A stretch of DNA of 32,000 nt from positions 90,001 through 122,000 of the forward strand of contig NZ_CP059216.1 in assembly GCF_014252315.1 (NCBI RefSeq), in the 5' to 3' direction. Position 1 is the stretch's first letter, and each line of letters starts with the position of its first letter. Positions 19,340 to 28,452 of this stretch are shown in pieces. Both the position numbers and the translations under genes were made by a program. The notes below the pieces were generated by a model, which saw only the letters and a list, made by a program, of their open reading frames with translations, searched no databases and was not told the DNA's origin. This DNA comes from Candidatus Saccharimonadota bacterium. Its GTDB lineage: Bacteria; Bacteroidota; Bacteroidia; Flavobacteriales; Blattabacteriaceae.

Positions 19340-20500
19340 TTATTGATCTATATTTTTTAATTTTTTTTCTATTAAATTAGTTTTAACACCAAGTAATTTG
19401 TCTATATCTTTTGAGGCTCCTTGTAATTTATCCTGTACTTGATGAAGTAGTATTCCAAATTTTGAAAATTCTTGTTTTACAGATTCTAATATTTTCCAAA
19501 CTTCAGAAGTCCTTTTTTGTATAGCAAGAGTTCTAAATCCTATTTGAAGGCTATTTAAAATTGCAGCTAGTGTAGAAGGCCCACTTACAACTGTGTTATA
19601 TTTTCTTAATAATTCTTCCAAAAGTTTTGAATTTTTTATCACTTCTGCATATATACCTTCAAATGGTAAAAATAAAATTGCAAAATCAGTAGTATTTGGA
19701 GGATCAATATATTTATGTTGAATATCTTTAGACATTTTTTTTAAAACAGATTCCATATTTTTTGTAGCAATATTAATGCTTTTTTTATCTCCATTTCGAT
19801 AAGCTAATTGAACTTTTTCATAAGTTTCCTTTGGAAATTTAACATCAATTGGAAGCCATATACTTCCATTTCCAAATCCAGGAAGTTTAATTGCAAATTC
19901 TACTACATAATTAGTATTAGATTTTGTTATAACATTAGAATCATATTGATCTGGAGATAAAATTTGTTCCAATAACATAGATAATTGCATTTCACTGAAA
20001 CTACCACATATTTTTACATTATTTAATGTTCTTTTTAAAGAACTTACATCTTTTACTAAAATTTTCATTTCTCCTAATCCTTTTTGTAAGAATATTAACT
20101 GATTACCAATAACTTCAAACGATTTTTCTAAATGATAATTCAAAGATTTTTGTAGTTTACTAGTTATAACCTCTTTTATATTTTCTATATTTTTTTCTAT
20201 GTTTTCAACAAATTTTTTTTGTTCTACATTAATAGAATCTAATTTATTTGAATAATTTTCAAAATTTAATTGTATTTCTTTACTTAAAAAATTTTGATAA
20301 TTATTAGAATAATTTATCCACTCTTTCCTAAAATCATTTAAATAATCAATAATATAATCCTTATTATATTCATTAATATCTTTAATATTAGATTTTTGAT
20401 TACGATATTCTTCTTTTATAAACATTTCCAATCTTTTGAAGAAAAAAATGAATAATGCAAAAACAAAAATAATTGTTATAAAAAAAATATATAAATACAT
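19340..20500 (-). CDS. rmuC: DNA recombination protein RmuC
   Basis: 386 aa. It has an N-terminal TM anchor and a long coiled-coil region. These are followed by the RmuC nuclease-like domain (VEFAIKLPG...IDVKFP...DFAILFLPFEGIYAEV...VVSGPSTLAAILNSLQIGFRTLAIQKRTSEVW). Confidence 0.85.
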   Translation of the reverse strand: MYLYIFFITIIFVFALFIFFFKRLEMFIKEEYRNQKSNIKDINEYNKDYIIDYLNDFRKEWINYSNNYQNFLSKEIQLNFENYSNKLDSINVEQKKFVENIEKNIENIKEVITSKLQKSLNYHLEKSFEVIGNQLIFLQKGLGEMKILVKDVSSLKRTLNNVKICGSFSEMQLSMLLEQILSPDQYDSNVITKSNTNYVVEFAIKLPGFGNGSIWLPIDVKFPKETYEKVQLAYRNGDKKSINIATKNMESVLKKMSKDIQHKYIDPPNTTDFAILFLPFEGIYAEVIKNSKLLEELLRKYNTVVSGPSTLAAILNSLQIGFRTLAIQKRTSEVWKILESVKQEFSKFGILLHQVQDKLQGASKDIDKLLGVKTNLIEKKLKNIDQ

Positions 20501-20509
20501 ATTAAAAAT

Positions 20510-20533
20510 GAGGAAATAAAAGAGGAAATAAAA
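20510..20533. repeat. Perfect tandem duplication of the 12-mer GAGGAAATAAAA (20510-20521 and 20522-20533)
   Basis: Read directly from the sequence. It fills most of the 34-bp gap between the tRNA-fMet 3' end and the rmuC start codon (both on the minus strand). Confidence 0.8.
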
Positions 20534-20534
20534 A

Positions 20535-20607
<73 letters not shown>

Positions 20608-20648
20608 TAATTATAGTTAAGATAGTATTTTTCATCTACAAAAACAAA

Positions 20649-22211
20649 TTATCCATTCATTGATATTAAAAATTCTTCATTATTTTGTGTTCTTGCTATT
20701 CTTGATCTCAAAAATTCCATAGCTTCTACTGGATTCATATCAGATAAATGTTTTCTCAAAATCCACATCCTTTGCAGTGTATTTGGATCTAATAAAAGAT
20801 CATCTTTTCTTGTACTAGAAGTTATTAAATCAATTGCTGGATATATTCTTTTATTCGCTATTTTTCTATCTAATTGTAATTCTTTGTTTCCTGTTCCCTT
20901 AAATTCTTCAAATATAACTTCATCCATTTTTGATCCAGTATCTATCATAGCTGTGGCTATAATAGATAATGATCCTCCATTTTCTATATTTCTTGCTGCC
21001 CCAAAAAATCTTTTTGGTTTATGTAATGCGTTTGCATCTACTCCTCCTGATAATACTTTTCCAGAAGCTGGAGCAACAGTATTATATGCACGAGCCAATC
21101 TAGTAATAGAATCTAATAAAATGATGACATCATGAGAACATTCTACCATTCTTTTTGCTTTTTGTAAAACTATATTTGCAACTTTTACATGTCTATCTGC
21201 TGGCTCATCAAAAGTAGAGGCAATAACTTCTCCTTTCACATTTCTTTGCATATCTGTAACTTCTTCCGGACGTTCATCAATTAATAATATAATTAAATAA
21301 ACTTCAGGATGATTAGCTGCTATAGCATTTGCTATTTCTTTTAATAATGTTGTTTTACCAGTTTTTGGTGGTGCTACTATCATTCCTCTTTGACCTTTTC
21401 CTATTGGAGTAAATAAATCTACTATCCTAGTAGAAATAGTAGCATTTTTTTCAGCTAATTTAAATTTTTCATTAGGAAATAAAGGGGTTAAATGTTCAAA
21501 AGAATTTCTTTCTCTAACAAAAGAAGGTGTTCTACCATTAATTTCTAGAATTTTAACCAAAGGAAAATATTTTTCTCCATCTTTTGGTGGCCTAACTTCT
21601 CCTCTTATGGTATCTCCTGTTTTCATTCCAAATAATCTAATTTGAGATTGAGATACATATATATCATCAGGAGATGATAGATAGTTAAAATCAGATGATC
21701 TTAAAAAACCATAATTTTCTTGCATTATTTCTAATACTCCTTCACTTATAATAATACCTTCGTATTTATATTCAGAAGAACGTTGTTTATTATATATAAT
21801 ATTTTTTTGTGATGTATCTTTTATTGCAAAAAAATTACTATCAATTTTATCTATTTTTTTTATAGGAAAATTTTTATGTTTTTTTTGAAATTTTGTGGAT
21901 TCCTCCGATTCTTTTGTATGAGCATTATTTTTTTTTTTGGTAAATTCTTGTTTACTATGAATAGTAGATTTTTTTTTCTTTTCCAAATATTGATTTTTAA
22001 ATTCATTAATTCTAATTTTTTTAGAACTAAAACTTTTTTTTATAGGATTCTCTTTTTTCAACGAATTGACGTTATCATTCTTAAATATAGAAATAATTTT
22101 TTCTAGTAATTCATTTTTTCTTAATTGCGTACATTTTTTTAATCCGGAAGATCGAGCAATTTCCTGTAACTCAAAAAGTTTTTTACTTTTTAATTCGGTA
22201 ATATCAAACAT
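20649..22211 (-). CDS. rho: Transcription termination factor Rho with a Bacteroidota-type N-terminal insertion
   Basis: 520 aa. The N-terminal helix bundle is [19 protein letters not shown]. The RNA-binding domain contains [15 protein letters not shown]...[16 protein letters not shown]. The Walker A motif is APPKTGKT, followed by [13 protein letters not shown] and the highly conserved C-terminal ATPase. A low-complexity insert of about 100 aa, rich in K, S and N, lies between roughly aa 45 and 150. Confidence 0.97.
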   Translation of the reverse strand: MFDITELKSKKLFELQEIARSSGLKKCTQLRKNELLEKIISIFKNDNVNSLKKENPIKKSFSSKKIRINEFKNQYLEKKKKSTIHSKQEFTKKKNNAHTKESEESTKFQKKHKNFPIKKIDKIDSNFFAIKDTSQKNIIYNKQRSSEYKYEGIIISEGVLEIMQENYGFLRSSDFNYLSSPDDIYVSQSQIRLFGMKTGDTIRGEVRPPKDGEKYFPLVKILEINGRTPSFVRERNSFEHLTPLFPNEKFKLAEKNATISTRIVDLFTPIGKGQRGMIVAPPKTGKTTLLKEIANAIAANHPEVYLIILLIDERPEEVTDMQRNVKGEVIASTFDEPADRHVKVANIVLQKAKRMVECSHDVIILLDSITRLARAYNTVAPASGKVLSGGVDANALHKPKRFFGAARNIENGGSLSIIATAMIDTGSKMDEVIFEEFKGTGNKELQLDRKIANKRIYPAIDLITSSTRKDDLLLDPNTLQRMWILRKHLSDMNPVEAMEFLRSRIARTQNNEEFLISMNG

Positions 22212-22302
22212 AAAGTAATTGGATTATATTTATAATAACTTTTTTAGAAACTACAAATACAATTATACAAAAAAATCAATTGAACTTAAACAAAAAATTT
22301 AA

Positions 22303-22323
22303 TAAATTGAATCATTCAATTTA
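22303..22323. repeat. 21-bp perfect palindrome TAAATTGAAT-C-ATTCAATTTA in the rho/DUF4293 divergent spacer
   Basis: Read directly from the sequence: 10-bp arms around a single central C at 22313. It lies 22 bp upstream of the 22345 ATG. Confidence 0.7.
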
Positions 22324-22344
22324 ACTTTTTAATTATTTATTTTT

Positions 22345-22743
22345 ATGTTATATAGAATTCAAACATTATATTTATCTGTTTCTATTTTATTTTATTTTAT
22401 TTGTTCACTATTGTCAGGAGACAAAAAATCACATTATATTTTACAAAACATGTCTATATGTGTTACTGTTTCTTGTTTAATTTTGTCTATACTAAGTGTT
22501 TTTCTTTTTAAAAAAAGAAAAACTCAGATAGTTTTAAATGATATAAATATTTTCTTAAATATTGTTAATTATTTTACAATGTTATTTTTTTTAGATTTCC
22601 AATCATATAACGAATATTATTTAGAATTAAGAGTTTTATTTTTCCTATTGTTATCATTTTTTTGTAATATTCTGTTATATATGGCAAATCATGCCATAAA
22701 AAAGGATATGAATATAATTGATTCTGTAAATAGAATACGATAA
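22345..22743 (+). CDS. DUF4293-family integral membrane protein (Bacteroidota-specific, function unknown)
   Basis: 132 aa with about 4 TM segments. The start MLYRIQTLYLS, the middle FLFKKRKTQIVLNDINIFLN and the end AIKKDMNIIDSVNRIR match the conserved termini I recall for DUF4293 (M.QRIQT.YLL ... IKKDE.LV.S.DRLR). Confidence 0.65.
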   Translation: MLYRIQTLYLSVSILFYFICSLLSGDKKSHYILQNMSICVTVSCLILSILSVFLFKKRKTQIVLNDINIFLNIVNYFTMLFFLDFQSYNEYYLELRVLFFLLLSFFCNILLYMANHAIKKDMNIIDSVNRIR

Positions 22744-22751
22744 AAAAAATA

Positions 22752-23840
22752 ATGAAAAAATATGAAAAATTAATTTCTAAATTAAAAATATATGAAAAAA
22801 AATTTGAAGATATTTCTAGAAATATATTAAGTCCAAATGTTTTTCAAAAAAATTATAAATTATTATTAAATAAATATAATAGTTTAGAAAAACTTTTTTT
22901 TCTTTATAAAAAGAGTAATAAAAAATTAATTTTATTAAAAGAAGCTAATTTTTTTATTAAAAATGATTTAGATCTAGAAATGAAAAAATTAGCTGAAAAA
23001 GAAAAAAAACAATTAATAAAAGAACTTGATATAATAGAGAAAGAGTTCAAAAATTTAATTATTAAAGTACAAACTAAAAACGTAAATCAGTATAATAAAG
23101 AAGATTATAGAAATGTTATTTTAGAAATAAGATCTGGAACTGGAGGGAATGAGGCCTGTTTGTTTGTAGAAGATATGTTAAGAATGTATACAATGTATTT
23201 TAATAAATTGCAATGGAAATACAAAATTATTCATTTTCAAAAAGGAGAAATAGGATATAAAGAAATTGTTATAGAAGTATTTGGAAAAAAAGAAGATAAA
23301 ATTTATGGTAATTTAAAATTTGAATCAGGTGTACATAGAGTACAAAGAATCCCTAAAACTGAATCTCAAGGACGGTTACATACTTCAGCTGTTACTGTTG
23401 CTGTTTTACCAAAAGTAGAAGATTTGGAAATAAATATTAATTATTCAGATATAAAAAAAGATACTTTTAGATCTAGTGGAGCAGGAGGTCAACATGTAAA
23501 TAAAACAGAATCTGCTGTAAGATTAACGTATTTACCAACTAAAATAACAGCAGAATGTCAAGAAGAAAGATCTCAGCATAAAAATTTTGAAAAAGCAATG
23601 ATTATATTGAAATCAAAAATATATAAAATTGAAATGGATAAAAAAATGACAAAAAGATCTGAAGAAAGAAAATTATTGGTTTCTACTGGAGATCGTTCTG
23701 TAAAAATAAGAACTTATAATTATCCTAATAATAGAGTTACTGATCATAGAATACATAAATCTATGCATAACCTAGTTAAATTTATGAATGGAAATATTCA
23801 AGATATGATTGACTTATTAAAATTAATATTAAAACAATAA
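22752..23840 (+). CDS. prfA: Peptide chain release factor 1
   Basis: 362 aa. It contains the GGQ motif (RSSGAGGQHVNKTESAVRLTYLPT) and an RF1-type PxT tripeptide (RIPKTESQGRLHTSAVTVAVLP). Confidence 0.95.
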   Translation: MKKYEKLISKLKIYEKKFEDISRNILSPNVFQKNYKLLLNKYNSLEKLFFLYKKSNKKLILLKEANFFIKNDLDLEMKKLAEKEKKQLIKELDIIEKEFKNLIIKVQTKNVNQYNKEDYRNVILEIRSGTGGNEACLFVEDMLRMYTMYFNKLQWKYKIIHFQKGEIGYKEIVIEVFGKKEDKIYGNLKFESGVHRVQRIPKTESQGRLHTSAVTVAVLPKVEDLEININYSDIKKDTFRSSGAGGQHVNKTESAVRLTYLPTKITAECQEERSQHKNFEKAMIILKSKIYKIEMDKKMTKRSEERKLLVSTGDRSVKIRTYNYPNNRVTDHRIHKSMHNLVKFMNGNIQDMIDLLKLILKQ

Positions 23841-23848
23841 TATTTAAT

Positions 23849-25195
23849 TTATTTACATTTAATTTTATTTTCATTTATAAAATTTGTATTGTAATTTCCT
23901 TTTATAAATTCATTATTTTGTATTATTTTTTTTTGAAATGGAATAATAGTATTAATTCCTTCAATAGAAAATTCTTCTAAAGAACGTTTCATTTTTTTTA
24001 TAGCTTTTTTTCTACTTCTCTCTGTTGTTATAATTTTAGCAATCATAGAATCATAATAAGGTGAAATATAATATCCAGAATAAATATGAGTATCTACACG
24101 TACACCTTTTCCTCCCGGAAAATGTACTTTAGTAATTTTTCCAGAAGAAGGAGAAAAATTTTTATAAGGATTTTCAGCGTTTATCCTACATTCTATTGAA
24201 TAAAAATTTGGATATAAATCTTTTACGGAAATTTTTTCTCCATATGCTATTGATATTTGTTCATAAACTAAATCTATTCCCATTATTTCTTCAGTAATAG
24301 TATGTTCCACTTGTATTCTTGGATTCATTTCTAAAAAATAAAAGTTTTTATTTTTATCTACCAAAAATTCTATAGTTCCTATTCCTTCATAACGAATAAA
24401 TTCGGCTACTTTTTTTGCTTGTTCTCCTATCTTTTTTCTAAGATATGGAGTTAAAAATGGAGATGGAGCTTCTTCTAATAATTTTTGATTTCTTCTTTGA
24501 ATAGAACAATCTCTTTCAGATAAATGACAAATATTTCCATAACAATCTCCCATTATTTGTACTTCAATATGTCTTGAGTCTAAAATTAATTTTTCTATAT
24601 ATATATCTTTTCTACCAAAACATATAAATGACTCTTTAACAGATTCTTCCCAAGAATTTTTTAAATAACTTTTATCAAAAACAAATCTAATTCCTCTACC
24701 TCCTCCTCCAAAAACAGATTTTATAACAATAGGAAAGCCTATTTTATCTGCAATTTTTTCTATACTCTTATAAGAAGATTTAATTAAACAATTAATTCCT
24801 GGTATACAGGAAATTCCTGCTTTATTCATAGTTTTTTTTGCAAAAACTTTATTAGCCATTTGTATCATATGATTAGGATTTGCTCCTATAAACTTAATTT
24901 TATGCCTATTACACATAGATGAAAAATATGCATTTTCAGAAAGAAATCCATATCCTGGATGAATGGCATCTGCATTAGTAATTTCTGCAGCAGAAATCAA
25001 ATTTGGAATATTTAAATAAGATTTTTTAGGATCTGGAGGACCAATACATACAGCTTCATCTGCAAAATAAACATGAAGACTATATTTATCTGCAGTAGAA
25101 TAAACAGCCACAGTTTTTAATCCCATTTCTTTTACAGTTCTAATAATCCTCATAGCGATTTCTCCTCTATTTGCTATTAATATTTTTTTCAACAT
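23849..25195 (-). CDS. accC: Acetyl-CoA carboxylase, biotin carboxylase subunit
   Basis: 448 aa. It contains KILIANRGEIAMRIIRT, HPGYGFLSEN, GGGGRGIR and EMNPRIQVEHTITE. Confidence 0.97.
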   Translation of the reverse strand: MLKKILIANRGEIAMRIIRTVKEMGLKTVAVYSTADKYSLHVYFADEAVCIGPPDPKKSYLNIPNLISAAEITNADAIHPGYGFLSENAYFSSMCNRHKIKFIGANPNHMIQMANKVFAKKTMNKAGISCIPGINCLIKSSYKSIEKIADKIGFPIVIKSVFGGGGRGIRFVFDKSYLKNSWEESVKESFICFGRKDIYIEKLILDSRHIEVQIMGDCYGNICHLSERDCSIQRRNQKLLEEAPSPFLTPYLRKKIGEQAKKVAEFIRYEGIGTIEFLVDKNKNFYFLEMNPRIQVEHTITEEIMGIDLVYEQISIAYGEKISVKDLYPNFYSIECRINAENPYKNFSPSSGKITKVHFPGGKGVRVDTHIYSGYYISPYYDSMIAKIITTERSRKKAIKKMKRSLEEFSIEGINTIIPFQKKIIQNNEFIKGNYNTNFINENKIKCK

Positions 25196-25225
25196 GTATT
25201 ATTTTGTTGTGTAAACTACTATATC

Positions 25226-25723
25226 TTATTTTTTATAAGATTCTAATATAAATAACGGTTGATCATAATCAACAGGAGTAGCATCTTCTACAAGAATTTT
25301 AACTAATTTACCATTAACTTCAGCTTCTATATCATTAAATAGTTTCATAGCTTCTATAACACATACTTTCATTCCTACTTTAATTATGTCTCCTACTTTA
25401 ACAAAAGGATCTTTATTTGGATGAGGTTTTCTATAAAAAATTCCTATCATAGGAGATTTTATTGTAACATATTTATCATTTTTTTTTTTCTTATCGTTAC
25501 TAGAAAAATATTCAGACATATTACATTTTGAATAAGAATTTTTTTCATAAGATAAATAATCATTATAATTATTATTTACTTTATTATTACAGCAATTATT
25601 TTTTATATATATTTTTATATCATTCATTTTAATTTTTATTTCTGCTACATTAGATTTTGATATTAATTTAATAAGTGACTTTATAGTATTTATATCCATA
25701 AGTATTTTATTACATAAATTCAA
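25226..25723 (-). CDS. accB: Acetyl-CoA carboxylase biotin carboxyl carrier protein
   Basis: 165 aa. The C-terminal biotinyl domain carries the EAMKLFNDIEAE (EAMK) motif. The true start may be the internal Met at MDINTIK. Confidence 0.9.
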   Translation of the reverse strand: MNLCNKILMDINTIKSLIKLISKSNVAEIKIKMNDIKIYIKNNCCNNKVNNNYNDYLSYEKNSYSKCNMSEYFSSNDKKKKNDKYVTIKSPMIGIFYRKPHPNKDPFVKVGDIIKVGMKVCVIEAMKLFNDIEAEVNGKLVKILVEDATPVDYDQPLFILESYKK

Positions 25724-25732
25724 ATATTATTA

Positions 25733-25924
25733 TTATTCATCATTTTTCTTTTTGTAGACAACTTTACCTTTATAATATAGTTTGTTTTCAACCCAATAAG
25801 CATGATGATATAAATGTACTTGATTAGTTACTAAGCATTTACAAAATAATGGTGTTTTTAATTTAATTTGACTTCTTCTATTATTTCTTTTAGATTTAGA
25901 TTTTTTTCTTTTAGGATGTGCCAT
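25733..25924 (-). CDS. rpmF: 50S ribosomal protein L32
   Basis: 63 aa. The N-terminus MAHPKRKKSKSKRNNRRSQ is the bL32 signature. Confidence 0.9.
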   Translation of the reverse strand: MAHPKRKKSKSKRNNRRSQIKLKTPLFCKCLVTNQVHLYHHAYWVENKLYYKGKVVYKKKNDE

Positions 25925-26002
25925 ATATTTATTTTTATAATTAAATTTAGAAATTAATTAATATTTTTTTTATTTAAAAAAAAATTATCACATTAACTTT
26001 AT

Positions 26003-27463
26003 ATGATAATTAATAAAAGAAAAGAAAATTATTCTAAATGGTATAATGAAATAATTTATAAATCTGGGTTAGCAGAATTTTCTGGAACACGTGGTTTTAT
26101 GATTATAAAACCATATGGTTATTCAGTTTGGGAAAATATAAAATATGAATTAGATAAAATGTTAAAAGAAACAGGACATCAAAATGTTTATTTTCCTATT
26201 CTTATTCCTAAATCTATTCTTTCAAAAGAAGAAAATCACGTTGAATTCTTTTCTGATGGATGTGCTGTTGTTACTCATTCTAAGATGATAAAAGATAACA
26301 AAAAATTAATCGTTGATCCTAAACATAAATTACAAGAAGAATTAATAATAAGGCCTACTTCTGAAAGTATTATATGGAAAACATACAAAAAATGGATACA
26401 ATCTTATAAAGATTTACCATTACTTTTGAATCAATGGGGAAATGCTGTAAGATGGGAAATGCGAACAAGGTTATTTTTAAGAACTAATGAATTTTTATGG
26501 CAAGAAGGTCATACAGCACATTCTTCTAAGGAAGAAGCTATAATAGAAACAAAAAAAATATTAGATATTTATACTTCTTTTTCTAAAGAATTTATGGCTA
26601 TTCCTGTATTACAAGGAATAAAACCATATATGGATAAATTTCATGGATCAGAAAAAACATATTGTATAGAAGCAGTTATGCAAGATGGAAAAGCATTACA
26701 AATTGGAACAACTCATTTTTTAGGACAAAATTTTTCAAAATCATTTAATGTTATGTTCACTAATTTTAATGGAAAAAAAGAATATGTTTGGTCTACTTCA
26801 TGGGGTGTATCTACAAGACTAATAGGTGGATTAATTATGTCTCATTCAGATGATAAAGGATTAATACTTCCTCCTAAAATAGCTCCAATACAAGTTGTTA
26901 TCGTTCCTATATTTTGTAATAAAAAAAATTATATAATTAATGAAACAGCTGAAAAAATTTTAAAATTACTAAAAAAAAATAAAATAAGAGCATTCTATGA
27001 TAATAGAAAAATATTTACTCCTGGATGGAAATTTAATGAATATGAAATAAAAGGAATTCCAATACGAATAAATATTGGAATAAATGAAATAAAAAATGAA
27101 AAACTAGAAATTTTTAGGAGAGATACTTGTACAAAACATTATGTACATATAAATGATTTAAAAAATTATATTAAAAAATTACTTGATAAAGTACAAAATA
27201 ATATTTATAAAATAGCATTGTATAGAACTGAAAAATCTATTATAAAAATAGATAATTTTAGTGATTTTAAAAATCATTTAAATAAAACAGGTGGTTTTAT
27301 TTTAGCTCATTGGGATGGAACTAGAAATACAAGTAGAAAAATTCAAGAAGAAACAGAAGCTACTATACGATTTATTCCTTCCTGTTATGAAAAAGAAGAT
27401 GGTAAATGTATTTATTCAGGAAAATATTCTCCACAAAGAGTCGTTTTTTCTAAAGCTTACTAG
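26003..27463 (+). CDS. proS: Prolyl-tRNA synthetase (archaeal/eukaryote-like type, no INS editing domain)
   Basis: 486 aa. Class II motifs are present: FMIIKPYGYSVWE, RPTSES, WGNAVRWE, FLRTNEFLWQEGHTAH and TSWGVSTRLIG. The C-terminal domain ends in ...SKAY, the terminal Tyr typical of this ProRS type. The 3' end overlaps pyrD by 14 nt (convergent). Confidence 0.95.
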   Translation: MIINKRKENYSKWYNEIIYKSGLAEFSGTRGFMIIKPYGYSVWENIKYELDKMLKETGHQNVYFPILIPKSILSKEENHVEFFSDGCAVVTHSKMIKDNKKLIVDPKHKLQEELIIRPTSESIIWKTYKKWIQSYKDLPLLLNQWGNAVRWEMRTRLFLRTNEFLWQEGHTAHSSKEEAIIETKKILDIYTSFSKEFMAIPVLQGIKPYMDKFHGSEKTYCIEAVMQDGKALQIGTTHFLGQNFSKSFNVMFTNFNGKKEYVWSTSWGVSTRLIGGLIMSHSDDKGLILPPKIAPIQVVIVPIFCNKKNYIINETAEKILKLLKKNKIRAFYDNRKIFTPGWKFNEYEIKGIPIRINIGINEIKNEKLEIFRRDTCTKHYVHINDLKNYIKKLLDKVQNNIYKIALYRTEKSIIKIDNFSDFKNHLNKTGGFILAHWDGTRNTSRKIQEETEATIRFIPSCYEKEDGKCIYSGKYSPQRVVFSKAY

Positions 27464-28403
27464 AAATTTGTTTTAAATTACCTCTAAATTCATCTAAGGA
27501 TGAATATCCTTTTTTTAGTAAAAATTTTGTAAACTCTTTTTTCAATTTATCAAATATAACAACTCCTTTGTTTACAAATTCTGTACCAATTTGAACAGCA
27601 GTAGCTCCACATAATATATGATCAAAAATATCTTTTCCAGAAGTAATACCTCCACATCCTATTATTGATACTTTATTTTTAAGAATAGAATAAAAATTAA
27701 AAATATTAGATAATGCAAATGGTTTTATTATTTTACCTCCTATACCTCCAATTCCATTATTAGGAAAAATAACTGTAGATTCTTTATAAGAATCTATAAC
27801 TAACCCATAAGGTAAACTATTAATACAAGTTATAAAAGAAATAGGAAATTTACTTATAATAGAAGACATAATTTCTATATGAATATTATTAAAATAAGGA
27901 GGTAATTTTAATCCTATAGGTTTATCATTATTAAATTTAAATATGTTTTCTAAAAATTTTGATACATAATTAAAATTATATCCCAATATTTCATTATTTT
28001 CAATAATGTTTGGACAAGATAAATTTATTTCCAAAGCATCAATATTAGAAGATGAACTAGCTTTTTTAATAAGAAAATAATTTTCCTTTATAGAAAGACC
28101 TGATATAGACAAAAAAACAGGTTTATTATTTTTTTTTTTTCTAAAAAAATCTAAATAAAAATCAATTCCTAAATTTGGTAATCCCATTGAATTAATACTT
28201 CCTATATTCCATTCAATATATCTTGGACTAAGATTTCCTATTCTTGGATTTTTTGTACAACTTTTAGTTACAATAGCTCCAGAAGAACTATTTAATAAAT
28301 TATAAAGATCTTTATATGTACAACACAACGCACCTGAAGCGTTCATAATACATAAAGAAAGTTTTATTCCATTTATATTAGTAGATAAATCTATTTTTTT
28401 CAT
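27450..28403 (-). CDS. pyrD: Dihydroorotate dehydrogenase, class 1A-like (soluble, Cys active site)
   Basis: 317 aa. It is collinear with my recollection of Lactococcus PyrDa: MNASGALCCT, SINSMGLPNLGIDFYLDF, EINLSCPN (catalytic Cys), LKLPPYF, INSLPYGLVID, GGIGGKIIKP, GCGGITSG and GATAVQIGT. It has no N-terminal membrane domain (class 2) and no adjacent pyrK (class 1B). Confidence 0.9.
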   Translation of the reverse strand: MKKIDLSTNINGIKLSLCIMNASGALCCTYKDLYNLLNSSSGAIVTKSCTKNPRIGNLSPRYIEWNIGSINSMGLPNLGIDFYLDFFRKKKNNKPVFLSISGLSIKENYFLIKKASSSSNIDALEINLSCPNIIENNEILGYNFNYVSKFLENIFKFNNDKPIGLKLPPYFNNIHIEIMSSIISKFPISFITCINSLPYGLVIDSYKESTVIFPNNGIGGIGGKIIKPFALSNIFNFYSILKNKVSIIGCGGITSGKDIFDHILCGATAVQIGTEFVNKGVVIFDKLKKEFTKFLLKKGYSSLDEFRGNLKQISSKL

Positions 28404-28407
28404 ATTT

Positions 28408-28432
28408 AATTATCATATTAAATTATCATATT
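28408..28432. repeat. Tandem 12-mer AATTATCATATT-A-AATTATCATATT in the 49-bp pyrD/UMPS divergent spacer
   Basis: Read directly from the sequence. The copies are at 28408-28419 and 28421-28432. Confidence 0.8.
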
Positions 28433-28452
28433 CAATTATAAAAAATATTAAT

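Noticed and set aside
20884-22106. Plus-strand ORFs 20884-21135 (83 aa) and 21876-22106 (76 aa)
   Set aside because: Both are antisense to rho, one of the best-conserved genes in the window. They have no motifs and show composition-driven openness.
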